Assembly: GCF_000315625.1 (NCBI RefSeq) | Contig: NW_005434659.1 | Location: 334,770 to 398,769 of the forward strand | Origin: Guillardia theta CCMP2712 | Lineage: Eukaryota > Protista > Cryptophyta | DNA: 64,000 nt | Direction of reading: 5' to 3' | Part shown: positions 12,542-25,900 of the stretch, piece by piece | Position numbering within the stretch: the first letter of the stretch is position 1 | Layout: each line of letters opens with the position of its first letter | Program-made: the position numbers and the translations under genes | The notes under the pieces: generated by a model | Told to the model about the DNA's origin: nothing | Seen by the model: the letters and a program-made list of their open reading frames with translations, nothing else | The model's database searches: none

Positions 12542-12736
12542 GCTGAGCCCGGCCAGCCGCCAGTACGGTCCGATCACCCCAGTGAACGGGGTAACGACCC
12601 GGCGCCCGGCCGGACAGTGACAGGGCCAGGCTCTAGGTGACTCGGACCGTCCGATCCGGCGGCGACCGTCCGACTCCCGGGCCGGGCCCCGTTCACTGGG
12701 GTGATCGGACCGTACTGGCGGCCGGCCGGGCTCAGC
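12542..12736. repeat. 50-bp inverted repeat within a GC palindrome island (about 12530-12900) between divergent genes
   Basis: 12542-12591 vs 12687-12736: 49/50 reverse-complement match, 95-nt spacer. Confidence 0.9.
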
Positions 12737-13216
12737 GTCACACTCGTCGCCGGCCCCGGGCGGCGGCGCCGGCGGCCCGTGCCCTCCCGGGAGTCCGAGT
12801 CGCGGGGCCCACCGCCAAGTCGGATCGGACGGTCAGCCGGCGGGACTCCCGGCGGAAGCACCGGCAGGCTGAGGCGGGCTGAGGCGGGTCGTCATCACCG
12901 TAAAAATAATTGTTGTAGAGGCGTGATTTGATAACCGCCGGCATGGCTTGGGAGGCAGAGATACGATGAAAGGAGGACATGGCGAAGCGAAGGAAAGAAC
13001 AAGAGATGCGAGATGCGATTCCATAAAACTTGATGTGACGATGGAGAGCAAGAGGTTGTTAGCAAGAGCCTGATGAAGGGAGAGAAGAGCGGGGAGGTAG
13101 CTTGTACTAGATGACGATCGGGACAAAGTTGCAAGCAAACAGAAATCCACCTGCTAGAAGGCATGCATGGATGCAGAGAGGTGTAGACAGATGGTTTTAT
13201 CATAAAGAGGCATGCA

Positions 13217-14516
<1,300 letters not shown>

Positions 14517-14583
14517 GGAGATAGTATACATTCTGCTTGGATGTAAAGGGGAAGCGGAGAGAGGAGGCGGCCAGAGTGACCCA

Positions 14584-16204
14584 TCATTCGGATCTACAGT
14601 CATGCCGACAGAGAGGGCAGATGACATGGGATTGGAACCACTGGGCACAAGAGAAGGTCGTCAGCAGCAGTCAAGTTGTAGATGAACAAAAAGAGGTTCG
14701 AGGGCGACAAAGATCTTCACCTTGGATATGCAGAGACGATGGAACAGATGTTTGCAGGGCAGTTTTTTCACCTTGTTGCCAACCTGCTTGGACATCAATA
14801 TCTTGAAAGGAATTTCAAGGAGGGTAGTAAAGGAGAGCTGAAGAAACAGGAGGAGGAGAAGGCGAAGGCGGAAGGGGAGGGGAACGTGGAGGAGGAGGAG
14901 AGGAGGGGGGAGGGGGTAGGTGGAAAATGCAATAGGGAGCAGGGATCAACTTCGGAAAGACAGTAAACGGAAAGGACGAGAACAATCATGAAGAACTCCC
15001 TCCGACCCACCTTGAGCAGGTCCAGGCAGATCGCGCAAGTCTCATCACAAGCCTTCGAGACAGAGACAGTCTTAAACGAGTCCAGCAGGTGCCCGGGCAG
15101 GCCCGGCTGCTCGATCCTCGCGTCCAAGGAGAGGAGAAACTCATAGCTCAGCTGGCCCTGCGTGTCCACATGGTTGCTCTGCCCCTCCTCCGGCATCATC
15201 GCTGCTCGTCGGGGCCACTGCTCCACGTTGAGCCGCCTGGCAGCCGCTCCCCTCCTCGGGCCCGATGTGTCACCCCTGACCGCGGCCGGAAGATGAGGAG
15301 GTAACGCATGCACGAGCGACGCCTCGTCCTCTTGGTGGGGCAGAGCCGAGGAGGTCTGGCGAGTTGCTCGTTGTGCCGGTCTCATTACGGCCACCAGCCC
15401 GCCGGTAGGGAACCCCAGCTCTTCTGCTGACGGCATCCTCCGGCTACCTGCCGTCCTCGGGCCCGGGGCTGCGGGGCCTTCACTAATCCTCTGGGCCTCC
15501 AGTTTGGTCTTGAGGTCCCTGCTACCCCCACGGGGCTTCAAGCATGAGGCGAGGTCGCCTTCGAAGCCGAGCTCCTGGGCAGAGGGTCTTGTCCTTGAGT
15601 AGGATGACGAGGCATGCCTGCTCCTCCCGCTGTCTCCCTGCCCTTCTCTTGCCTCCAACTTCTGCCGAGGAGGAAGCAGGATGCTCTCTAGGTGACCTCC
15701 CCACTCGTCCACTGTCACCTTCTGCCTCCTCCCAGCGCAGCCCGAGCTCTCCCCGGGCGCGCGGATCCCCTGCTGCACATCCTGGTTCTCAATCTCGCGG
15801 CTGGCTGCCATGAGCTCCTGCTCTATCTCACGGATCCGAGATTCGATGTGCTCCTCCCGCTCCCGGAATGCCCTCGAGTTCCTGTAGCTGACCAGGTTCT
15901 GGCATGCTTGCCCCTCGCATGGTGAGCTTGCAGAGGAGGAGGCTCCGTCTGATCCTCCTTGCTTTCGAGCCGACATGCCCCCCATTGTTCTCTTGTCTTT
16001 GGCTATATGAAGCGCTTCCTTCACAGCCCATCCCTCCAACTCAGCTCGCCTTTCGCAGCCCTTCCTGACCGAGTGAGTCTTTCGGTTCGCTCCCGCTAAG
16101 ACTGAAGCAAGATCTCCTTCCCACCCTATCCCGGCATCCTGCCTCTGATGCCGTGCTGCTGCTGCTGGATTCGATGCCACATCAAAGTCCTCCACGTGCG
16201 CCAT
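14584..16204 (-). CDS. RING-H2 E3 ubiquitin ligase
   Basis: Exons 16204-15011, 14783-14721 and 14640-14584 give LSYEFLLSL...CAICL...LPCKHLFHRLCISKWFQSHVICPLCR. Confidence 0.9.
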
Positions 16205-17078
16205 CCCCCCTAAGAAAAACTGGCGTCAAACCCACTCAGAACTTGATCTGTTCAAGATTCCAACAACTCCCTTCACCAACCCTGTCAAGATATGAGATTC
16301 ATCTCCTACTCTCATACATTCTCCTCCTCCTTCTCCTACATCCCCTGCATTCTCCTCCTCCTTCTCCTACATCCCCTGCATTCTCCTCCTCACTCTCCTA
16401 CATCCCTTGCATTGTCAGCCCTACTAGCCGCCAACCTGCCAGCCACCATTCCTTCCTGTCCCTCCCTGCATCTCCCCGACAACAGCTCGATCGTTTCCGT
16501 TACACGAAATGTTGACGGTTATTGTAGCCATACCTACAGCCCACCCTAACCTTTCAAGCTATCTACACCCCACATCAAATTTGTGTACCCCCCGAATCTA
16601 GATAAATGAATTAATTAACCCCTACTTTTCTCAAAACCTTGCGGACGATATAAGGGGTACTTCAAGGCCACCCATCACAATCAAGTGTGAATGGTCTACC
16701 CCTACCCTCCAATTCTCTCTCCAGGCCCCTCAAAAGAACGTGCTCGAGGAGGAAACGAGGGAGAGCGAGCGAGGGAGGGAGGGAGGTCAACTGGAAGAGG
16801 AAGAGGAAGAGTACGCCAGCAGAGTGATAGCAGAGGAGGAGGACAGGGAAGGGGAAAGCAGACAGGGCACGTGGATTCAAGACCGTTCTCGCCGTCAAAC
16901 ATGGAGCTCCTGTTGATCCAGCAGGCAAGGGAGTAGGCAGCAGAACGCGCGTTTCATTATCCCAGTCCCTCTGCCTTGACGGAAGGACTAGGGAGGGAGG
17001 CGAGGAAACGCTTTCTGGCCGGTGTACAGGTGCTTCAAGCTTCACTCTGCTCTTATCGCACCCTCAACCAGGGAAAAT

Positions 17079-18353
17079 ATGTTCACGTTCTGGGGTTCAA
17101 AGATCATGCCGAACGTAACACCGTCTGAGACCTGTCTTCCGTTCCGACTGAAGATCACCTTGGCCACCCTCGACCCTGAAGAGGCCAAGAAGCTTCCTGT
17201 TGGGACGAGGATAAGCGTCTGGGCGACCCAGAAGGAGAGGGGACCGAAGGGGGCTCTGTCCGGGCAGAAGTCACTGATCGCCACTTTGAGGACGGGGGAG
17301 ATAGAGACGGTGATCAGCAACCACGAGTTCTACGAGTCGACCCTCCTGTCCTTCTCTGTGCAGCCCAAGACTCAATCCTGCACAGTTCACTTGTCGGGCT
17401 ATTTCGACCATGCGCATGACAAGCTCGACACCATTGACGACAACACCATCTCGTGGGCGCAGCTGCAGACACAACTCAAGTCCCTCCTCGCATCGGCTTC
17501 GGGGAACGATGACGACGAGGATGCAGAAGAGGAAGCTCGGTCACAGATACAAGGGATGAAGGCGCTCGTGGCCTCCGCACAGAACATGCAGCAGGAGTAT
17601 GAAGCCAATGACGATGACGACGACGATGAGGATTACGAGGAGCAAGACGAAGATGATGACGACGAGGAGGAGGAGGAGGAGGAGGAGGAAGAGGAGGAGG
17701 AGGAGGAGGAGGAAGAGGAAGAGGTGAAGGCGAGTCCCATCACGAGAAGCAACAAGCCGCTTCCGTCTCCCTCCAAGGGCCTTCTAAAAAATCCTGCTTC
17801 TCCAGCCAGTCGGTCTCCGAAGACTGTTCGGATCGTCGAAGGTGCGGACGACGAGTTTCATGAACTTGGCAAGCGGAAGCATGAGCCGGATCTGCACTTG
17901 GGAGATACTATCGCACCGAAGCGTGCTAAGTCCCTGCTCTCAAACGAAAACCAGGACAAGAAACATCAGGACAACAGCTCCAAGCACGGGCAAGAGAAGC
18001 CAAAGAATCAGCAGATCACTAGTGTCCCCGTATTGAAGCCGAAGCCGAGGAATTTCCCAGGGTTCTCCTACACTGACGTAGCGATCGGGTCAGGGAAACA
18101 AGCGCAGCCAGGATCGAAAGTGACGGTGAAAGTGAAGGATCATAGCACGGGTAAGAAGGGAACCTACGAATCTTTGACCTTCATGGTCGGTCTCAGGGAC
18201 GTCGCTACAGGGCTTGACAAGGGCGTCGTTGGGATAAGAGAAGGGGGGTCACGCGTGCTGCAGCTGGAGCCCAGTACCAACGATGTCAAGATCGGGTCTT
18301 TCCCCAAGGATGAAGCTGTTTCCCTCGACGTCGTCCTCGAGAAGGTGATTTGA
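17079..18353 (+). CDS. Nucleoplasmin-like + acidic tract + FKBP domain protein (Fpr3/Fpr4/FKBP53-type histone chaperone)
   Basis: N-terminal FWG...VHLSGY nucleoplasmin-like motif, D/E tract, basic region, C-terminal FKBP-like fold; intronless. Confidence 0.85.
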   Translation: MFTFWGSKIMPNVTPSETCLPFRLKITLATLDPEEAKKLPVGTRISVWATQKERGPKGALSGQKSLIATLRTGEIETVISNHEFYESTLLSFSVQPKTQSCTVHLSGYFDHAHDKLDTIDDNTISWAQLQTQLKSLLASASGNDDDEDAEEEARSQIQGMKALVASAQNMQQEYEANDDDDDDEDYEEQDEDDDDEEEEEEEEEEEEEEEEEEEEVKASPITRSNKPLPSPSKGLLKNPASPASRSPKTVRIVEGADDEFHELGKRKHEPDLHLGDTIAPKRAKSLLSNENQDKKHQDNSSKHGQEKPKNQQITSVPVLKPKPRNFPGFSYTDVAIGSGKQAQPGSKVTVKVKDHSTGKKGTYESLTFMVGLRDVATGLDKGVVGIREGGSRVLQLEPSTNDVKIGSFPKDEAVSLDVVLEKVI

Positions 18354-18594
18354 AGCGAATGTTCCAACGTGGAGCAAGAGAGTCTGAGCAAAACTTTTCC
18401 ATTAAGAACAAGTAATGAGGAGGAGGATTTTTTGAAAGTGATGGCGCAATAAATGGTGAAAAGAGCAGTTCCTTTATTACATGCGCTCTTATCTTCCAAA
18501 TCTACGGCGAAGCCAGATTAAGTTCTGTAGAACCCAGCGCGAAGAACATCAGGCTCAAAAAATCATCCACGAGACTCGAGGCCTTTCGTTCTCT

Positions 18595-19644
18595 TTAGGC
18601 CTTTGCGTTCAAATCACGGCAATACGGAGCGTTGGGCTCGCCGAGGAGAACGGTCTTGCCGAGAGGACCAATCGATCCCTTCCTGCCATTCTGCGGGCCG
18701 GGAGGAGGAGTCTCACCCTTGCGCAGCTTCTCGATGATGGCGATGGCAGACTCGGGCTGAGAAGAGATGTCAGCTTCGAGCGCGGGCCGAACCCCCACTG
18801 ACCGTTAGATCTTCGTAATAAGCGTCGTTGCAGATGGGTCCAGCGATCTGCATCATGGGGGCGTTGCAGCAGGCGCCGAGGCACTCTGCCTCCATCAGAT
18901 GGAAGAGCCCATCCTTGGTGGTCTCTGCCAGAAGGCTCAGAAGTTGCACGAAACAGGGAGGTCTGGGCCTACCGCCAACTTCAATTCCCAGGTGTTTCTT
19001 GATAGCGTCAAGGATGGTGTAAGCTCCGATCCCGTAAGTTCCCACCATGCATGGCGTGGTCGTGCAGACCTGGTAGAGAAGATCAACCAGGATGACACAA
19101 ACACGTCACCCATCACCTGAATGTTATGCTTTCCGATGGGTGTCCGATTGTACATGGTATAGAAAGTAGCCACCTCGTAAACACGCATGGGAGGCATATC
19201 CAGAATCTTAGCAATCTTGTTCATGGCAACGAGAGGGATCCATCCAGTGCTGCCATGCTCCGGCATGTGCTCGGTCTGCTTCTGAGCAAGGTGCAAGAGC
19301 GGCATGACGGCAGATCGCTTGTAGTTGCGAGGATACTTCTTTAGAATCTCGTCGATCTGCTTGTAGCTCTCGGGTGTGAAGTCCCACATGGTGTCCAGGT
19401 TGTTGTACTCGGTGTCACGATGCTGCGGCAGAGTTAGATCCACGCCAACCGAGCTCCCATGCTCCCCTTACCACGTTCACATGATCCGCGCTCAGTGGTC
19501 GTCCAGCGTGGAACATGCGAAAGCTCTGTCATGGGATGAGCGAATTTCGAACATGGAGAGCCATTTGTTACAGACCTGAGCCCCGAAGCGAGCATGCTTC
19601 GCAACAATATTCTGAATTCTACGTTGGACAAGTGACAGGGACAT
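18595..19644 (-). CDS. NDUFV2: NADH dehydrogenase (complex I) 24-kDa 2Fe-2S subunit
   Basis: [21 protein letters not shown] and [11 protein letters not shown] motifs after splicing; Arg-rich mitochondrial presequence [11 protein letters not shown]... Confidence 0.95.
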
Positions 19645-20413
19645 TCCTGGCTGCAAGTCAACCATACGACACGTAATGAATGCAACGTGAAACAAAGTAG
19701 CATGAGAACTGCTGCAGTACAAAGATGGAAGCAGCGTGATTCATGAGCTGGATTCTTGCAGAAGACAGACCCTCTGACACATTTCAGAGCCCTTTGGATG
19801 ATATCTTCCTTCCGCTCTCTCCCCATTTTCTCGTTCCTCATCGCAGTATTCTCCGCCTCCTTCCACATCGTAACATGTTTCATCTCTGTCCAGTCGGCTT
19901 CTGCATGTACATTCTTCCTCCTCTTCCTGTACTTCTTCTCCTCTTCGTCTGCGCTCATTCGTGTCTCGATCTCCTCCACCCTCCTCCCCTCCCTTTCCAC
20001 CATCTGCCCTTTCTAACTTCCATTGCCGCGGCTGTCATTGACTAGGTCGCTATGACCCTGCTACCACCTCGCTATGACCTCTGAACACCTCTACACAACC
20101 CCTCCAATAAGTACCCACCATGGGCATGCTCACCAAATTTGCCTAAGAAGTACCCCTCTTTTGGACCATTTTTTGAGTACCCACCCATAGATCTTGCACG
20201 TTACAAACGTGATTTGCTACAACAGGAAAGAAACGGTCAACGTTTATGTTGCAACGATTCTAACCATCGGGATCCAGGCCATGGTCGGACAAGCATGACG
20301 GTGGGTAACGAGATGAGGAGCAGGAGGAACAGGATGAGGAAGAAGAGCGAAAGGAGCAGGAGCTGTACAGCTGAAGGAAGAGAACGATGTTGAAGAAGAG
20401 GAGGACTTTTGCT

Positions 20414-21600
20414 GAACGATCTTGGCAGAGCATGGAGCTTTCAGCATGGAACTGATGCGATAGATCTGCATCTTACTATCTGCCATGGTAAAGCGGCTCT
20501 CGGTGGTTGTGACGGCCATCGTTGTCGGCATTGTAGCAGGAAGCTTCGTAGGTGATGCAAGATCAAGGTCTCAACTAAGGTGATCCAACATTCTGGTACA
20601 GTGACAGTATGCTCGAATGGGATCGCAAGGCTCCAAGAGGAGCTTGGTGGTGTGAACGAGACCATTCACAGTGAGCGAACAACTCATGGTATCAGCTGCG
20701 CACATGATGACGTCTGGTTGTCTGGCAGGTAGCAAGATGCAAGTCTCCTTGTTGCAGTACACCGATGACCCCCAGGTCAACTTCCTTCCAGTGACCCGAA
20801 CGTCCATGCTGATAGATACATTCCTGTAGGACTTCAGAGATTCAATCGAGCAGTGGTCCCTCCATCTGCAAGAAGTGAGACACGGCAGAGCTTGATGTCA
20901 TCATGAACTCACCCTATCCCTCTCCCCCTCCCTTCCTCTCTGGCCCTCTTGCCCTGCGTGCATTTCCTAGATGACGTCACTCGGAAGAAACATCGTTGCT
21001 GAGATCTTGAACGAACAACCCCTCATGAAGCAATCTTCGTACCTCGCTGGTGATCATTATGGCAAGCACCTCGCACCTCACACGCTGAAACTCTCCTCTT
21101 GCCTCGCATCATCAGCGGTAGCCCTCCCTCTCAGCATCGCCTGCCTCTCGTGCGGGTACTTGGCTAGTGGTGAGGAGACAAGTTGTGTTGCCTTGCTCCT
21201 TCTGACGAGCATCGAAGACCTCTTGGGGACATTCCTTGTCTCCGCTCTCCTCTCCTCATTGATGGGCTGCTTGCCGGTTGTGCCGCTGGTCCCGATGCTG
21301 CGAGGAGTGAACGTGGCGCCTGCAGGTGCTCAAGACTATGGCGAGCATGAACGACGGGATGAGAGAGATTCTAGGTGACCGATGCGCTCTCTGATACCTC
21401 CGAGGAGTGAGCAGAGCGAGCAGATGAAGCAGCAGGGCCAGTCATGCAGGAGCTGCTCCATCGCAGGTTGCGTTCAGGGGGGAAAGCGACTCGGCACTGA
21501 CGGCGTTTGGGCTGGCAGCAACGCAAACGATGAATATCTGCAGCTGATGCTGTTTGTGACTGGTAGTCGCATATTGCATGCGATCATTACCATGGAGATG
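20414..21600 (-). CDS. Possible multi-exon hypothetical protein
   Basis: Several open, coding-like segments bounded by splice-like sites (e.g. about 21325-21080 and 20865-20612); no recognisable domain. Confidence 0.3.
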
Positions 21601-21612
21601 ATTTTCTGTCCT

Positions 21613-21651
<39 letters not shown>

Positions 21652-22726
21652 TCTCCACCTTCTCCACCTTCTCCACCACCTCTTCCTCCTCTGTCTTGCA
21701 GGTCACTTGCGACGAATCGATGAGAGTCCTCCATGGATGTGCGTAGGTCCAGGGGATCTGGGGCTGAAACTTCTCGGTCGGAGCCTGTCAAGGCATGTCA
21801 CTTTCAGCTCGCACAAGTATGGATGGTAAGCCTTGAAAGCTGCAGGTTGTGGAGATCTGATTTATCCCCTCTTCCTCCTCCTCCTCCTCCTCCTCCTCCT
21901 CCTCCTTCTCCTCCTCTTCCTCCTCCTCCTCCTCCTCTTCCTCTTCTACCTCCTCTTGTACTTTCTCCAATACCCTTCGCCCTTGTGCTGTCTTCTGTTA
22001 CCTCACGGTCCAACTTTTCAACTCATCTATCGTTCTCCCTGCTCTCGCTCCTTCTCCACTCCCCCATTCCTCTCCGCCGGCGCTGCCTCGTCCCCTCCCC
22101 TTTCGCCTCTCTTCTCCCCATTCTCCCTCCCCCTTCCTCCCCTCCTCTACCCCTTGTTCCCTTCTGTTCTTCTCCCTCTCTTTCCTCGTCGTCTTCAGGG
22201 CTTTCACCGAGGGTTGTGTCCCCGTCACTTGGGACGTGATGAGATGGTCGGCCATGGCAGCGACGTCCTTCGTGTCGGCTGGTGAGGAGCGAGAGGGGAT
22301 GGAGGGCAGAAGGCTGATATCAAAATGCAGTCTTGCTGAAGAGATGCATCCGGTTCAAGACTTTCTGAGGGAAAGAGGAAGGGGGGGAGGGAGGAAGAGG
22401 AAGGGAGGAGTTGGAGGAGGGGAGGGAGAGGGAGAGGAAGAGGGGAGGAGAGAATTTCAAAGATTCCATTAGGGTTGTCTTGTCTGTACAGAACTTGAAG
22501 AAAGGTGTGAGCATTTCATTCGGTGTTGCTCGTTCAGACATTTACAAATAGACATTGAGGGAGGGAAAGGCAGAGCCGGAGGAGGGGCGAGGAAAGGAGG
22601 AGCAATAGGAGAAAGGGATCGCTACAGGGGAATGACAAGGAAGGCAGAGGGTGAAGATGGGATTTCGCTGGGAGAATGAAGAGAAGGGATTGAAGTCGGG
22701 ATAATCAGCTGCAGCTGTGGGAGAAT

Positions 22727-22771
22727 GTCGAGGACGAGGACGAGGACGAGGACGAGGAAGAGGACGAGGAA

Positions 22772-22803
<32 letters not shown>

Positions 22804-22860
22804 AGAGGTGGTGGTGGTGGTGGTGGTGGTGGTGGTGGAGCAGGAGGAGGAGGGGGAGGA
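22727..22860. repeat. (GACGAG)n/(GGT)n/(GGA)n microsatellite block
   Basis: Direct observation. Confidence 0.9.
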
Positions 22861-22910
22861 GGGAGAGGAGGAGGAGCTGTACGTGTGGGTTTGAATCTCT
22901 CATCGCTGCC

Positions 22911-25900
22911 TCAAGCAGGGTCAACGAACCCAACGACTCTCCCCCCGTTCCGCTCGTCCACATCATCGAATTTGCTCAGCGAGATGCTGGAGTCCCGCAG
23001 CTCGACGATGGCCTCCTCCCCATCCGCCCCCACCCCGTACTGGCCGCACTCGACGATGCTGCAGGAGACGAGCAGGAGCTTTCCTGCCCCAGCAGCGATC
23101 ACCCCGGACCCCCGCTGACTGTGCAGGACGCATTCCTTCAGTTCCACCGACCCCTTCCTCGTCCTCATGACGTAGATGCCTCCGCTCCAGTAGTCCTCCG
23201 CCCCGTCACCCAGCAGCTGCTTCATCGTGACTTGCTCCATCCTCACGTTCCTCGCCGCGACCTCCAAGAGGCTGTGGACCTCGATGAGCAGGATGCAGCT
23301 CTCCGCAGTAACTGCCTGCTCCGACTGCAGCGAGACGTCGCGGACCCACTGGATCGTGTCCAACACCTTGTGCTCCCCCCTCTTCAGCACGATCATCGAC
23401 CCCTCTGCGATCTCACACGCCGCATGTGCTGTGCTGCTCTTCCCCGTGGTCGCCGCATCCTTGATCGCCTGCTCCGCGCTCGTGTACGGCATCGTCTTCC
23501 TGTGCCGGTCCGATCGACGAGGAGCAAATTCTCCTGTCGGCTGCACGACGATGGCGACGCTGTCCCTCACCTCCTCGGCATGCAGCTTGCGCTCGTACGC
23601 CTCTTCCTTGTACTCCGCCGCCTTTCCCCTCAGCTCCCCGTCCCCGAGGATCTCGAAGGCCTTCTCCGCCTCCTCGAAGAGACTCTCTGCTGTCTGGAAG
23701 CAGGAGGGCCCTTCGTTCGCCACGTCCTCCCAGCAAGAGAAGCTCTCCTTCCTGCTCAGCGTCTCCAGCCCCCTCCTCATCTTCACGTGCCCTTCCTCCG
23801 CCAGCCTCCTCTTGCTGATCGCATCATCGCACAGCATCCTCGCATACTTGCCGTTGACAGCATCTTCGATCTCCCCCAGCAGCTGAGCTGCCTGCTCGTA
23901 TGCATGGTGGGCATCCCCGTACCTCCTTCCGAGGATCCCCAGCTGACCCTCCAGCAGGAGCTCCCAGGCTCGGGATTGCGTCTCCACGCACCTCTCCGCC
24001 CACTTCTCTCTCTCCTCCGCCTCCGCCGCGTTCTCCTCGTCGTCGATCTCGCAGAACAGGAGCTTGCTCGCGCGCAAAGTCTCCATGCTCTCCTTGTACA
24101 TGAGCCGATGCAGCCTCTTCCTGCCCTCCACGTCCTCCAGCGGATAGTCCTCGTCGATCGAGTGCCGCAGGTAGGGAAGGCTACACCTCTCATCCCGCCC
24201 TCCTCCTCCTCCTCCTCCTCCTCCTCCTCCTCCTCCTCCTCCTCCTCCTCCTCCTCCTCCTCCTCCTTTCTCTCCAAAGACGATGATCTTCCCCTGCATG
24301 GTAGTTTCGCACATGTACTTGTCCTTCTCCCTCATCCCCTCCTGCAACATCGCCGCCGCCTCCTCCGCTTTCCTCCCGAACTTCTCGCCATGCTGTCTCA
24401 ACTCGATCGCCATCGTCTGAATCTTCTCGTCCCCAATATCTGCCATGAGCTGCGAGGCGAACCCGAACCTCTCCGCCGCCTCCTTGTGGTTCCTGATCAT
24501 GATCGAGCTCCCGAGCTTGTAGAGCGGGGATGGAGAGTAGCCTTCGACAGGAGCCCGGATCCTCTCCTTTCTCAGCTGCACTCCCTCCATGAGCAACTCG
24601 TGCGCCCTCACCTGCTTCTCAAGCTGCACGGTGGTGGCGGTGAGCTGCATGCGACAGGACGCAGCAGACTGCGCGTCCCCGAAGGAGGAGAAGAGCTCCT
24701 GGGAGGTGCGGAAGCAGTCGGTTGCCTCCTTCAGCATGAGCCTGCTGAACGGATAGTCCTCCATGTCACAGCGCTGGGAAACATACGAGCGAGCGTCCTG
24801 CAGGTTCTTCCTCGCCTCCTCCTGCACCCGCCGCTTCTCCCTGGCCTCCTGCAGCCTCGCGATTGACAAGAAGCAACTCCTTGCGTGCCCCAGCGTCCCG
24901 TACAGCTCGCTGACCCCCTCCAGCTCCTGTATCGCGTCCTGGAATTCAAACCCGCGGATCAGCTCCCCTCCTCTCGCCATCCTCTCATCCAGCCGGACCC
25001 GCAGCTCATGGAAGCTCGCCATCTTCTGTGAGAGCTCCCCTGCCCACCCCGCCGCTTCCTCCCCCCACCAGAAGTGCCTCATCAGCTCGCTGGCCCTCTG
25101 GAAGCACCGGGAGGACTCAAGGAAGTCGAACTCAAGGCAAGCGTTCCTAGCGCTCCACCACTGCTGGTTCGCCTGCCGGATGGAGGAGGAGGGGAAATCT
25201 AGCTCTTCCAGCACGAGCCTGTGGATGTCCTCCAAGGAAGTGAACAATCCCACCTTGTCAAGCAGCAGCAGTGCCGCATCTTCAGACTGAGCAGCGATCT
25301 CCGACTCGATCTTCTCGGGGTCGAGGGGGCCAGGGGCAACCCAGTCACCACATGGCACCCCCTGCTCTACCTCGAGCTCCAGCTCCTCCACCGGGTCCTC
25401 AAAGTGGAAGAGGAGGCTGTTGGACGGGTGGTACCACAGCCCGTCTGCTCCAGGCTGGGACATGGCGCTGACCAACCGGCTCATGCACACGTCGAAGGAT
25501 GCGCGCACCGTCAAGTTCCCGCCCTCCTTTATCCTTGTCAGCCCGGCCTTGTCGGGGTTGAGGATGCAGCTGCGATAGGTGCTGTCGCTCACCACAGAGA
25601 AGATGTCCTCCGAGCAGAACTTGAGAGCAAGAAATGCTGCCGGCTGTCCTGACCGGCTCTTCAACGTCGGATCTGCTCTAGAGCTCAGGAGCGTCCGCAC
25701 GGTCTCCATCGAGTTGCTGTGCCGGCAAGCCACGTGGAGCGCAGTGTATCCGTCCGATGGCCTCTGGAAGTCCAGCACACTCCCAGCTGCAGCCAGAGGC
25801 TCCAGCAGCTCGTAGGTGCCGAACCGAGCAGAGACATGCAGGGAGGTGCTTCCTGTCAGGTCCTGCAGGTTTGGATCCGCCCGGTACTCCATCAGGACAC

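Noticed and set aside
22725-24866. 713-aa + strand ORF
   Set aside because: Antisense shadow of the ANK/beta-helix gene, starting in a microsatellite
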